DNA of 64,000 bases from an uncultured Phycisphaerales bacterium (lineage in GTDB: Bacteria; Planctomycetota; B15-G4). A program made the translations under genes and the position numbers. Each line of letters opens with the position of its first letter. Positions within the stretch are counted from its first letter, which is position 1. The notes under the pieces are model-generated. The model was not told the origin of the DNA. It did no database searches and saw only the letters and a list, made by a program, of their open reading frames with translations. Positions 25,078 through 34,887 of the stretch are shown here, piece by piece. Location of the stretch: positions 842 through 64,841 of the forward strand of contig CAZBBB010000007.1 of assembly GCA_964490005.1 (NCBI GenBank), written 5' to 3'.

Positions 25078-28000
25078 ATGAATCCCGCCACGACGTCCTC
25101 CGCGTCCCCGCCCAAGCGCCGTCGCTGGCCGCTCGTCGTCGGCGGCACGCTCGCGCTGCTCGTGGTGCTCGTGATCGTGGCGCCGCTGATCGCGGCGCCG
25201 ATCGTGCGCGGTCTCATCGAGGAGCAGGGGAGCGCGAACATCCACGGCACGGTGGCGCTCGCCGACCTCTCGCTCTCGCTGGGCGGCTCGGCCAGCGCGC
25301 GCGGCCTGGAGGTCGTCGACGACCGCGGCGAGCGCGTGGCGACGATCGGCCTGATCGACGTGCAGGCGGAAGTGCTGCCCGCGCTCTCGGGGCGCTACCG
25401 CGCCGATGTGATCGTCGAAGACCTCGAACTGCACGTGCGGCGCGACGCGGACGGCACGCTCAACCTCGCGCGGTTGGCGAAGCCCGCCGCCGCGGGGGAC
25501 GCGGCCAGCCCGGGCAGCAGGGCGGGCGCCGGCGGGGCCTCGACGATTCCGGACGTGACGGCCAGCCTCAAGCTGCAGCGCGGCACCGTCATCGTGCATG
25601 GCACGGCCGGCCGCACCGAACTGCGCGACCTCACGCTGCAGGCCCACGTCGTGGCCCTCGACCAACCGGCCCCCTTCGACCTGAGCGCGCGCGTCGTCGG
25701 CCCCTCCGGCGAGGGCGGCACGCTGCGGGTCAGCGGCAGCGCGACGGCGGCGGGCAACGGCCGGCTCGACGGCAGCGGGCTGTCGGCGGTCGTCGAGTAC
25801 GCGCTCGACTCGCTGCTGCTCGAGGCGCTCGCTCCGGCGGTCTCGGCCTTCGCGCCCGTCGACGCGTTGGGCGGCGGGCTGCAGGCGAGCGGCTCCTGGG
25901 CCTGGAACGGCGGGCTCGCGCTCACCGGCCAGACCGAGTGGGCGCTGTCGAACGTGCGGGTCGTGGCCGCGGCGCTGGGCGAGGAGGCGGTGGCGATCCC
26001 CTCGATGCGGCTGTCGGCGCGCGCCGAACTCGACGCGCAGGGTGACGGCCGGCAGGGGGTGCAGATCGACGCCGGCTCGCTGCTCACGCTGCGCTACGAG
26101 GGCACGGTGCGCGGCGCGACGGGCGCCGCGCCGGCGCTCGCGGGCACCGTTCAGGCCAGCGGCCAGCTCGCCGAAGTGCTGGCGCTGGCGGGCGAGCATC
26201 TCTCATTGAAGGCCGGCGTGCAGCCTTCGGGTGCGTTCACGGCGGGTGCCGAGTTCGACCTGCAATTCTCGGAGACGGGCCTGCCGGGCGGGCGCCTGTC
26301 CGCCAACGTGGGGCTGGCCGAACTGGCGGCGCGCGACGCCGAGGGTCGGCCGATCGACCTCGGCGAACTCACGTCGGTCGACGTCGCGGTCGCGGCCACG
26401 GCCGATCCGTCCGCGGGGCGCATGGAGTTGACCTCTCTGCAGCTCACGGCCGGGCCCGTCGTGGCGCGGGCCCAGGGCCGGATCAGCGGCTGGATCCCCG
26501 ACGGCGATCCGGCCCGCCTCGAGGTCTCCGACGGCGAACTCTTCGCGAGCGCGGACCTCGATCGGCTGCAGACGCTGCTCGCGCCGCTGCTGGCGTCCGG
26601 CGTGCCGGCGCTGGGAGGCCGCGTCGAGATCGAGTCGACGCTCGGCATGCGCGAGGGGCGCCTGGCGGCGCTGAGCAACGTGCGCGTCGAGCGGCTGCTC
26701 GCGCGCGGCGTGCCCGCGGGCGACGGCCTCGCCGACCTCGGGCCGCTCGACCTGACGCTGCTGCAGGAGGCCGATTTCGACCCGGCGCCGGGCGGCGAGG
26801 CGCGGCTGCATCGCCTGCAACTGCGCTCGGCCGCGCTCGACGTCGACGCCTCCGGCGCCGTGAAGGACCCGCTCGATGCGGCGCGTCGCGCCGGGCGCAT
26901 CACGCAGTCGGTGCGCGTGCGGCCGGCGCTGGCCGCGCAGCAGTTCGGCGCCTTCCTGGCGGGTTTCGTGCCTGCCGGTGAGGCGCTGACGATCGACCAG
27001 ACGCTCGACATCGACGGGGCGCAGCTCAGCGTCGCCGCGCGCGTGACGGCGCCGCAGCTCGCGGTGCATGGCGGCGCGCTCGGCGAAGAGGGCGCGCGCG
27101 TCGCGGACCTCGACGTCGAACTCGCGGCGGCGGCCGGGATGGAGACGCTCGCCGTCGACGTGCGCTCGTTCCGCGCCGCGTTCAGTGCGTTGAGCGCGAT
27201 GGGCAGCGAGCTGCCTGCCGTGGCTGCCACGCTGCAGGCGCGCTGGGATCCGGCCGCCGGGCTGCTCGAGGTCCCGTCCTTGCGACTCGACTCGCCGCTG
27301 CTCGCAGGCGGAGGCAGCGTGCGCGTGGGCGGTCTGCCCGACGCGCCGGCCGCGTCGGCCGATCTGGTCTTCGAAGGCCAGACCGAGCCGCTCCGGGCCT
27401 TCGTCGCCGGCTTCCTGCCGGCGCTCGCGCCGGCACGCGGCGAAGGTTCCTGGCGCGTGGCGCTTTCGGCCGCCAACGAGGGCCAGCGCACGCGCGTGCA
27501 GCCGGAGTTCCGCACGACGGGCCTGTCGCTCACCGGGCTCGTCGTGGACGGCCGCGAGTTGCCCCTGCGGGACGCCGACCTGGCGCTCACGGGCGACATC
27601 GACTTCGACGCGTCGGGCGGCGGGCGCGCGCTCATCGAAGCGCTGCGGTTCGTCGGCCCCGGAGTCGAACTGGACGTCAAGGGCAGCGCCGCCGGCCTGC
27701 TGGCGCTCACGCCCGGGGCGCTGCTGCCGCCCGAACTCGAGAGCGAACTCCAGGTGCAGCTGCAGGCGCAGCCCGGCCTGCTCGCCGAGCGCCTGTCGGC
27801 CTTCCTCGGCGGCCTCGGCCTGCAGGGCGAGGCGCTGGCCGCCGGCGTCGATCTCGCGACCCGCGACGGACGCGCGCAGGTCAAGGCGCAGCTCTCCGGC
27901 CCGCGTCTGCGCATCGACCTGCCGCCCGACGAGGCGAGCGGCAAGGGGCCGGCCACGATCGAGCAGCGCGACCTGGCGCTGAACGTCGACGCGGAGGCGG

Positions 28001-29727
28001 ACCTGCGCGCGGGCTCGGACCTGCTCACGATCCGCGCGGCGGAGTTCCGTTCCGCGACGGCGCAGGCCTCGGTGGTCGGCGAGGTGCGCAGCTTCCTGCA
28101 GCCGGCGGCGCTCTCGAGCGACCTGACCCTGCGCGTCGACGCGACGCTGCAGCGGCTGCTCGCCGACCTGGGCGCGGTGCTGCCGCTGGCCGGCTGGCAG
28201 GGGAGCGGCGCGCTCGCGCTGGAAGGCGCGGTGCGCGGCACCGCCGGGCGCGTCGGCGTGCGGGCGCGCGCGAGCATCGCCGACCTCGACCTCAAGCTGC
28301 CGGCCTCGACGCCCGGCGGCGCGCCGGTGGCGATCGCCGATCGCGACGTCGCGCTCGACATCGATGCCGACGTGACGCTGCCCGCCGTCGACCTCGACTT
28401 GCGGGAGGCGACGGTACGTTCGAGCTTCCTGCGCGGCACGCTGAGCGGCCAGGCCCGCGCGCTGGCGCGCGCCGGCGCCGGGCCCGACGCCGCGGGCGCC
28501 GTCGCGACGCTCGCCCCGTTGAAGGGCGAGCTGTACTACGTGCCCGACAAGCTCGGCGCGCTGCTCGCACCCTTCGTGCCCGTCAAGCTCTCGGGCGCCG
28601 ACGAGCGCCCGCTGAGCTTCCGCTTCGACGGGCCGCTCTCGTCCTTCGATCCGGTCGCGCTGCTGGGCGGGCTGCAAGGCGAGGCGACGGTGGGGCTGGG
28701 CCGGCTCGAACTGGCGGGCTTCACCGCGGGCGGGGCGCTGAGCACGCGCCTCGCCGAGGGCCGGGCCGATGTCGACGGCACGCTGCAGCTGCTCGGCGGC
28801 GCGGTCACGGTGCAGGCCCGGCTCGATGCGCGCCCGGCGGGCGCCGGTCCCGTCTCGCGTCTGCAGGTCACGGCCAAGGACGTGGGCGCCGACGGCAGCC
28901 TGGGCCCGCTGCTGGCGATGGTGCACCCGCTGCTCGCGGGCGCCAAGGATGCCGACGTCGGCAGCTACGGCGCGCGCCTGTCCACGACGCTCGACTTCAG
29001 CTGGGCCGGGGCGCTGCCCCTCGACGGCGCGCTGCCGACCGACTTCAAGGCGCTCTCCGGCACCGGCCTGGTCGACCTCAGCCAGCTGAAGCTCTCGGCT
29101 TCGCCGCTGCTGGGCCAGATGCTCAGTCAGCTCGATCAGGGCTCGACGAAGGAGTTCGCGCTGCAGCCGCTGGAGTTCGCGGTCAAGGACGGGCGCGTCG
29201 GCTACACGAAACCTTGGGTCTGGTCGATCTCGAAGGTGCCGACCAGCTTCACGGGATCGGTTGGCCTCGACGGCAGCCTCGACCTGACGTGGAACGTGCC
29301 GGTCACGGACAAGCTGCGCGAGAAGCACAAGTTCCTCGCCAAGCTGGGCGCCGAGTCGCTGGCGATCCCGATCCGCGGATCGGCCGCCGCGCCCGACCTG
29401 CAGTGGGGCGCGACGCTCGAGAATCTCGCCAAGCAGGCCCTCGAGAAGGAGCTCAAGGACAAGGTCGACGAGAAACTCGGCGGAGTGCTCGGCGGACTGG
29501 GCGGACTGGGCGGACTGGGCGGCGCGAAGGACGATGCGCCCCCGCCTCCCGGCGGGGCGAACGTGACGCCTGAGGCGCTGCTCGCCCAGGCCGACGCGTT
29601 GTGGGCGCAGGGCAACAAGGCCGACGCGATGCCGCTCTATCAGCGCCTGAAGGACGACTTCAAGCTGACGATGGTGTTCATCCTCAACAAGAAGAAGATC
29701 GAGAAGCGCGCCAAGGGCGAGGACTGA
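25078..29727 (+). CDS. AsmA/TamB-like giant envelope protein (1549 aa)
   Basis: N-terminal TM anchor (WPLVVGGTLALLVVLVIVAPLIAAP). Long beta-rich Ala/Leu/Gly/Asp repetitive body. AsmA-like C-terminal region (PLEFAVKDGRVGY...IPIRGSAAAPDLQW) followed by a Lys-rich tail. Confidence 0.85.
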   Translation: MNPATTSSASPPKRRRWPLVVGGTLALLVVLVIVAPLIAAPIVRGLIEEQGSANIHGTVALADLSLSLGGSASARGLEVVDDRGERVATIGLIDVQAEVLPALSGRYRADVIVEDLELHVRRDADGTLNLARLAKPAAAGDAASPGSRAGAGGASTIPDVTASLKLQRGTVIVHGTAGRTELRDLTLQAHVVALDQPAPFDLSARVVGPSGEGGTLRVSGSATAAGNGRLDGSGLSAVVEYALDSLLLEALAPAVSAFAPVDALGGGLQASGSWAWNGGLALTGQTEWALSNVRVVAAALGEEAVAIPSMRLSARAELDAQGDGRQGVQIDAGSLLTLRYEGTVRGATGAAPALAGTVQASGQLAEVLALAGEHLSLKAGVQPSGAFTAGAEFDLQFSETGLPGGRLSANVGLAELAARDAEGRPIDLGELTSVDVAVAATADPSAGRMELTSLQLTAGPVVARAQGRISGWIPDGDPARLEVSDGELFASADLDRLQTLLAPLLASGVPALGGRVEIESTLGMREGRLAALSNVRVERLLARGVPAGDGLADLGPLDLTLLQEADFDPAPGGEARLHRLQLRSAALDVDASGAVKDPLDAARRAGRITQSVRVRPALAAQQFGAFLAGFVPAGEALTIDQTLDIDGAQLSVAARVTAPQLAVHGGALGEEGARVADLDVELAAAAGMETLAVDVRSFRAAFSALSAMGSELPAVAATLQARWDPAAGLLEVPSLRLDSPLLAGGGSVRVGGLPDAPAASADLVFEGQTEPLRAFVAGFLPALAPARGEGSWRVALSAANEGQRTRVQPEFRTTGLSLTGLVVDGRELPLRDADLALTGDIDFDASGGGRALIEALRFVGPGVELDVKGSAAGLLALTPGALLPPELESELQVQLQAQPGLLAERLSAFLGGLGLQGEALAAGVDLATRDGRAQVKAQLSGPRLRIDLPPDEASGKGPATIEQRDLALNVDAEADLRAGSDLLTIRAAEFRSATAQASVVGEVRSFLQPAALSSDLTLRVDATLQRLLADLGAVLPLAGWQGSGALALEGAVRGTAGRVGVRARASIADLDLKLPASTPGGAPVAIADRDVALDIDADVTLPAVDLDLREATVRSSFLRGTLSGQARALARAGAGPDAAGAVATLAPLKGELYYVPDKLGALLAPFVPVKLSGADERPLSFRFDGPLSSFDPVALLGGLQGEATVGLGRLELAGFTAGGALSTRLAEGRADVDGTLQLLGGAVTVQARLDARPAGAGPVSRLQVTAKDVGADGSLGPLLAMVHPLLAGAKDADVGSYGARLSTTLDFSWAGALPLDGALPTDFKALSGTGLVDLSQLKLSASPLLGQMLSQLDQGSTKEFALQPLEFAVKDGRVGYTKPWVWSISKVPTSFTGSVGLDGSLDLTWNVPVTDKLREKHKFLAKLGAESLAIPIRGSAAAPDLQWGATLENLAKQALEKELKDKVDEKLGGVLGGLGGLGGLGGAKDDAPPPPGGANVTPEALLAQADALWAQGNKADAMPLYQRLKDDFKLTMVFILNKKKIEKRAKGED

Positions 29728-29752
29728 ACCGGGGCGGGCGCGGGCCGCGGTC

Positions 29753-31006
29753 TCAGCCCGACGCGGCGCGCACGCCCGCCGAGAGCGCCTCGATCAGGCG
29801 CGGCACGGCCGCGACCGGCGTGCTGCACAGCGCCACGCGGACGGCGCCGGCCAGCGGCACGACGAACACGCCCGACTCGCGCATGCGGGCCGCCGTGCGT
29901 TCGGCGTCGGGCGTGGCGACCGTGACGAAGAAACCGCCCTCGTAGCGGGGGTGGCGCAGCTTGGCCGCGGCCGCGCCCGCGTTGAAGGCCGCGACGCGCT
30001 CGTCGAGCAGGCGGCGCAGGCGGTCGCGCTCGGCGTCGGCGCGCCGCTTGAGGCTCGGGTCGGTCAGCAGGTCGGTGATCGCGAGCATGCCGTGGTGGTT
30101 GCAGTTCGACCAGGTGCCGCGGCAGGAGAAGGACAGGGCGTTGCCGATGCGCGCGCGCTCGTCGTCGTCCGGCGTGCAGGCCAGCAGGGCACCGACGCGC
30201 GCGCCGTACTGCGCGAAGGCCTTGCTGGCCGTCCAGGCGACGAGCAGCAGCACCTCGCCGAGCAGGGGCTGCACGTGCCGCAGCCAGCGCATCGGGTCGC
30301 CGCCGGCGAAGCGGGCGTAGGCGAAGTCGATGAGCAACGCGACGGGGCCGGCCGCCGCCGCGGCGCGCAGGCTGGCCGCCACGCCCTCCCAGTCGGCGTC
30401 GTCGAGCGAGTAGCCGGTCGGGTTGTGGCAGGGCGTGTTCAGGATGAGCAGGGCGCGGCCCTGCTTCTGCATCTGCCCCTTGAGCGTGCGGTCGAGCGCG
30501 GCGCCGTCGAAGCGTCCGACCGCGTCGAACATGGTGAAGGTCTCGACGCGCCGCCGCGTGTGGGTCGCGAGCGTGCCGTACGGACCCCAGTAGAAGTGGC
30601 TCGTGAGCAGCGCCTCGCCGGGCTGCAGGAAGTTCACGATCGCGTGGTGCAGCGCGCCCGTGCCGCCGGGCGTGGCGGCCGCGACGCAGTGCGCCGCGAG
30701 CGGACCGTCCCCGAAGAGGTCGCGCGCGACGGCCGCGAGGAACGCGGGCTGGCCGGCGATGGGGGCATAGGCGGCGGCCTTCTCCGGCGGCACGCGGCCC
30801 AGCGCCTCGAAGACGGAGGGCATGATCGCCAGCCGCCCGTCGTCCTCCATGAGGGCGCCCAGGGTGGCGTTGAGGACGGACTCCCCCGCCCGGGCGCGAC
30901 GGACGGCCTCGGCGTTCAGGGCGAAGATGGGGTCGTCGGCCGGGCGCTGGCTGCTGTCGGGGATGAGGTAGCCGGTGGTGCGATCAGACGAGGTGATGGG
31001 TGGCAA
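29753..31006 (-). CDS. class I aspartate/aromatic-amino-acid aminotransferase
   Basis: AspC/TyrB-type motifs: DPIFALN, NPCHNPTG-like (NTPCHNPTG) and the PLP-lysine context ASKAFAQYGARVG. TTG start at 31006. Confidence 0.9.
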   Translation of the reverse strand: MPPITSSDRTTGYLIPDSSQRPADDPIFALNAEAVRRARAGESVLNATLGALMEDDGRLAIMPSVFEALGRVPPEKAAAYAPIAGQPAFLAAVARDLFGDGPLAAHCVAAATPGGTGALHHAIVNFLQPGEALLTSHFYWGPYGTLATHTRRRVETFTMFDAVGRFDGAALDRTLKGQMQKQGRALLILNTPCHNPTGYSLDDADWEGVAASLRAAAAAGPVALLIDFAYARFAGGDPMRWLRHVQPLLGEVLLLVAWTASKAFAQYGARVGALLACTPDDDERARIGNALSFSCRGTWSNCNHHGMLAITDLLTDPSLKRRADAERDRLRRLLDERVAAFNAGAAAAKLRHPRYEGGFFVTVATPDAERTAARMRESGVFVVPLAGAVRVALCSTPVAAVPRLIEALSAGVRAASG

Positions 31007-31375
31007 TTTCGGGAGCTCGGCCGGGCGGAAGGCAGGGGAGGGCCCTGTTTATCACATGCGCCGAGGGCGGCGCGCGCGGCCCGAAATGCCATCGGCACGC
31101 CACTTTTTGCCAGAAACGTATTGAATTGGCGTCTCCCCGCCTCCTCCACCCGGGCCGGCGGTCGTCGCGACCGATCCTCTCAAGTGCGACGAATCGCCCG
31201 ACCGATGTGGCCGTGCCTTTCCTGAGTTCGGGACCGGCGACTTGATCGACCCTCAGGAATGCATGGGCTAAAGTAGATGGATTTCCTCTCCCTTCGGCAA
31301 TTCGGCTCGTCGCTGTCGAAGTCTCGCGCCAGGCAACAGCCCACACCCCGATCTGCATTCACACAGGAGCAACGC

Positions 31376-33088
31376 ATGTCCTTCAACGTCCCCGGATCTC
31401 TCTGCGCCCGAACTGCCCTCGTGGCAGTCGCCCTCGGATCCGCCTTGGCCTTCCCGGTCACGGCGCAGAACTCACCCGGCAAGGTCACTTCGGGAGCGAA
31501 GATCAGCTCGACCAGTGGTTCGGGCCCGGTCTCCGCGGACGGTGACCGCTTCGGCGAGGCGGTGGCCGCTCTCGGCGACCTCGACAACGACGGCGTCGAA
31601 GACATCGCCGTCGGCGCCTACTTCGCGGACGCCGGTGGCACCGACCGCGGCCAGGTCTACGTGCTGTTCCTGAACTCCGACGGTTCGGTGAAGTCGTCGA
31701 CCTCGATCGGTCACGGCACGGCGGGCATCAGCTTGGCCGACGGGGACTGGTTCGGCCGCTCGCTGGCGGGTCTCGACGACGTCGACGGTGACGGCGTCAC
31801 CGACCTGGCGATCGGCGCGGTGAAGGACGACACGGGCGGCCCGGACCGCGGCGCCGTGTACGTCTGCATGCTCAACACGAACGGCACCGTGAAGGGGACC
31901 GCGACGAAGATCACGTCGGCCTCGGTCGCGGGCATCGCCGACGGCGACTTCTTCGGCAACGCCGTCTCCTCGATCGGCGACCTCGACACCGACGGCGTCT
32001 GCGACCTCGCGATCGGCGCCATCCGTGACGACACCGGCGGCAGCAACCGTGGCGCGGTCTACGTCTGCTTCCTGAACGCGGACGGCACGGTGGACTCCAG
32101 CGTCAAGCTCGCCGACGGCACGGGCGGCTTCAGCGGCGTGCTCGCGAACGGCGACGAGTTCGGCGAGTCGATCGCCGACCTCGGCGACGTCGACGACGAC
32201 GGCGTGACGGACCTCGTCGTCGGTGCGCCCCGCTCGGACGTGGGCGGAGCCGATCGCGGTTCGGTCTTCGTCGTCTTCATGAACGCCAACGGCACCGCCA
32301 AGGGCCAGTTGAAGATCGCGGACGGCGCGGGCGGCTTCGCCGGCGGTCAGCTCGACGACTCCGACTTCTTCGGCTGGTCGGTGGCGCGCCTCGGCGATCT
32401 CGACAACGACGACGTCCCGGACATGGCCGTGGGCGCCGTGCTCGACGACGATGGCGGCACGAACCGCGGTGCGTTCTACGTGCTGTTCCTGACCGCGACG
32501 GGCACGGTGAAGTCTTCGGTCAAGGTGAGCGACACGACCGGCCTGCTCGCGGGCGGCGGGATCGCCGTCCTCGACAACGACGATTCCTTCGGCCGTTCGC
32601 TCGCGTGCCCCGGCGACATCAACGGTGACCTGATCAACGACCTGGTCATCGGCGCCTACCTCGACGACGACGGCGGCCCCGATCGCGGCGCGGTGTGGGT
32701 CGGTTTCATGCACTCGAGCATCATCGAGGACCTCGGCAACGCCCTGCCCGGAACGAACGGGACCGCGTTGCTCGACGGCATCGGCTCGATGGTGCCCGGT
32801 GAGTCGTTCCGCCTGAACCTGACGAACGCCAAGGGCTCGGCTCCGCTGTTCATCTTCATCGGGTTCTTCGCGATCAACGCGCCGTTCAAGGGCGGCACGC
32901 TGGTGCCGGATGCCGGTCTGACCTTCGCCTTCGCGACGTCGCCGAGCGGCACCTTCCCGATCGGTCCGCTGCCGTGGCCGGCGGGAATCCCCACGGGCTT
33001 CCAGCTCTGGATCCAGGAGTGGTTCGCGGACGCGGGCGGGCCCAACGGTGCGGCCGCCAGCAACGCGATCCGGCTCAAGACGCCGTGA
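31376..33088 (+). CDS. secreted FG-GAP (integrin-alpha-type beta-propeller) repeat protein
   Basis: AGGAG RBS and a signal peptide. Six clear repeats of about 60 aa (DGD.FG..v..lGDlD.DGv.DlaiGA..dD.GG.dRGAvYV.F) plus a C-terminal beta-rich domain. Confidence 0.9.
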   Translation: MSFNVPGSLCARTALVAVALGSALAFPVTAQNSPGKVTSGAKISSTSGSGPVSADGDRFGEAVAALGDLDNDGVEDIAVGAYFADAGGTDRGQVYVLFLNSDGSVKSSTSIGHGTAGISLADGDWFGRSLAGLDDVDGDGVTDLAIGAVKDDTGGPDRGAVYVCMLNTNGTVKGTATKITSASVAGIADGDFFGNAVSSIGDLDTDGVCDLAIGAIRDDTGGSNRGAVYVCFLNADGTVDSSVKLADGTGGFSGVLANGDEFGESIADLGDVDDDGVTDLVVGAPRSDVGGADRGSVFVVFMNANGTAKGQLKIADGAGGFAGGQLDDSDFFGWSVARLGDLDNDDVPDMAVGAVLDDDGGTNRGAFYVLFLTATGTVKSSVKVSDTTGLLAGGGIAVLDNDDSFGRSLACPGDINGDLINDLVIGAYLDDDGGPDRGAVWVGFMHSSIIEDLGNALPGTNGTALLDGIGSMVPGESFRLNLTNAKGSAPLFIFIGFFAINAPFKGGTLVPDAGLTFAFATSPSGTFPIGPLPWPAGIPTGFQLWIQEWFADAGGPNGAAASNAIRLKTP

Positions 33089-33109
33089 GCTGAGCTGCGG
33101 ACTCTCGGA

Positions 33110-33958
33110 TCAGGGACCCAGCGGGTCGGCGGCTCCGGTCGCCGGCCCGCTGGCGTTCAGGCCGACCGTCGGCGCGTCCGCGTGGTCCGTCCAGCGCGCT
33201 TCGAAGCGCCGCAACTCGTCGGGCGCGTAGAAGCGCCGCACCCACGGTGCCGCGTACGCGGCGCGGACGACGCGGGCGGGCAGGCGAACGTCCTGCAGGA
33301 AGCGCGCGTACAGCGCGCCCGCGACTCCATCCACGCCGCGGTGCACCGGCCGCCAATCGATGCCGGCGAGACCGAGCAGCCGGCCGAGCGCCGCGGGCGC
33401 CACGCGATCGAGGTCCTCGAGGCGCAACAGGAGCAGTTCGGCCCGGGGTGATGCGTGCCGCGCATGCCCCTGGTCCCACGGGAAGTCGCGGGCGCAGACG
33501 TCGAGGCCGGTCAGCGGCCGCAGTTCCTCGTCGAACCAGCGCGTCGACTGCGCCAGCCAGAAGTCCAGTCGCTCCAGGAGCGCCGCCTGCAGCCGGGACG
33601 ACACGTCGCCGGGGTGCGCACCCGGATCGATCAACTCGGGATGTCGTCGCGGCAGCGTGTGGAAGAAGGCCGAGACGGCGCGCGCCACGGGCTCGCGCAC
33701 GGTCGTCACCACCGCGATGCGCGCGTCGATCGCCGCGATGGAGGCCGCCAGCCGGCGCAGCCGCTCTCCCTTGGCGGCGTACTTGTCCGTGCCGGGAAAC
33801 TCGCGCTGCAGCGCGTCGTAGCGCTCGGCCGCCTGCGCCGAGAGGGCGTGCGCGTGATGCACGGGAACGCTGCCGGCGGCGCGCTTGAGCGCCTCGTGCA
33901 GCGTCTTGGAACCGCACTTGGGGAGTTGGAAGACGAGCAGGGCACCGAAGGCGCTCAT
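33110..33958 (-). CDS. sulfotransferase-family protein
   Basis: 282 aa from ATG 33958. N-terminal PAPS-loop-like VFQLPKCGSKTL. The 561-aa track ORF continues across the tRNA-Gly gene and is not credible upstream of 33958. Confidence 0.7.
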   Translation of the reverse strand: MSAFGALLVFQLPKCGSKTLHEALKRAAGSVPVHHAHALSAQAAERYDALQREFPGTDKYAAKGERLRRLAASIAAIDARIAVVTTVREPVARAVSAFFHTLPRRHPELIDPGAHPGDVSSRLQAALLERLDFWLAQSTRWFDEELRPLTGLDVCARDFPWDQGHARHASPRAELLLLRLEDLDRVAPAALGRLLGLAGIDWRPVHRGVDGVAGALYARFLQDVRLPARVVRAAYAAPWVRRFYAPDELRRFEARWTDHADAPTVGLNASGPATGAADPLGP

Positions 33959-34049
33959 CGATGGCGGCACTCGACGCGGCCGCGCTCCGGGGGCACGGCG
34001 CCGGGGATGCGGCAGAGCCGCGACGGAGCGCGCGGGCGGCGCCGATCGG

Positions 34050-34125
34050 TGGAGCGGGTGACCGGGTTCGAACCGGCGACATTCAGCTTGGGAAGCTGAC
34101 ACTCTGCCAACTGAGTTACACCCGC
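34050..34125 (-). tRNA. tRNA-Gly (anticodon CCC), CCA encoded
   Basis: Hand-folded: acceptor GCGGGTG/CACCCGC, D arm ACTC-AGTTGGCA-GAGT, anticodon arm TCAGC-TTCCCAA-GCTGA, T arm GCCGG-TTCGAAC-CCGGT, discriminator U plus CCA. Length 76 nt. Confidence 0.95.
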
Positions 34126-34163
34126 GACCTCGGTCGCCCGGTACGGGACGACCTCCGGCCGAG

Positions 34164-34193
34164 AGGATATTCGCGACTCGCACGGGCTGGCAA
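34164..34193 (-). promoter_or_regulatory. candidate sigma-70-type promoter for tRNA-Gly
   Basis: On the minus strand: TTGCCA, 18-nt spacer, TATCCT. The -10 ends 38 nt before the mature tRNA 5' end. It lies in one of the few AT-containing patches nearby. Confidence 0.35.
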
Positions 34194-34303
34194 GGGCCGT
34201 GCGTCGTCGCCCACGACGCTCGCGCGATCGCCGATTGACTCGCCGGGGCGCCGCGCCGGACACTCGCGATTCCTTCCGACCACGGCCCGCAGCGGCGCCA
34301 CGC

Positions 34304-34816
34304 ATGGTCTCCGATCGCCCCTCGACCACCCTCCTGCGCAGTCTGCGCCTGGTCGTCTTCGATTTCGACGGCGTGTTCACGGACAACACCGTGATCGTGC
34401 ACCAGGACGGGACCGAGTCGGTGCGTTGCTGGCGCAGCGACGGCTTGGGGATCGCGCGCCTGCGGGCCACCGGCGTGGAACTCGCGGTGCTCTCGACGGA
34501 GCAGAACCCGGTCGTCAGCGCGCGCTGCGCCAAGTTGCGCCTCGAGTGCATCCAGGGTTGCGAGGAGAAGGGCGCCGCCCTGCGCGCGCTCGCGGCGCGC
34601 CGTGCCGTTCCGCTGGCGCGGGTCGCATACGTCGGCAACGACGTGAACGACATCACGAGTCTCCGGCTCGCGGGTCTGCCGATCGCGGTCGCCGATGCCC
34701 ACCCGAGCATCCTCCCGTTGGCGGAATACCGCACGCGGGCCCGCGGAGGCCGCGGTGCCGTGCGCGAGATCTGCGACATGATCGCCGCCGCGCACGAGGC
34801 GTCGCCCGAGTGCTGA
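34304..34816 (+). CDS. HAD-superfamily YrbI/KdsC-type ulosonate-phosphate phosphatase
   Basis: VFDFDGVFTDN nucleophile motif, then S-T...K and GNDVND motifs typical of KDO-8-P/KDN-9-P phosphatases. ATG at 34304; the track start adds an Arg-rich extension. Confidence 0.85.
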   Translation: MVSDRPSTTLLRSLRLVVFDFDGVFTDNTVIVHQDGTESVRCWRSDGLGIARLRATGVELAVLSTEQNPVVSARCAKLRLECIQGCEEKGAALRALAARRAVPLARVAYVGNDVNDITSLRLAGLPIAVADAHPSILPLAEYRTRARGGRGAVREICDMIAAAHEASPEC

Positions 34817-34887
34817 GGCGCCTGCGCCTCGATGGCAAGCCCGCGACCTCCGCGATACGATGCGCCGTGCAGCGTCGTGATGGGTGA

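Noticed and set aside
29491-29517. A tandem 9-nt repeat (GGCGGACTG x3).
   Set aside because: It simply encodes (GGL)3 in the flexible C-terminal linker of the AsmA-like protein. It is a coding micro-repeat, not a regulatory or mobile feature.
31000-31358. Small ORFs in the 370-nt region upstream of the FG-GAP gene (31000-31245 on the plus strand, 30984-31358 on the minus strand).
   Set aside because: They have no RBS, no recognisable domains and mutually overlapping frames. I treat the region as non-coding leader or promoter.
33959-34795. The upstream part of the 561-aa minus-strand ORF 33110-34795.
   Set aside because: It reads straight through the tRNA-Gly gene and antisense to the KdsC-like gene. 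Only the C-terminal 282 aa (sulfotransferase) look like protein.
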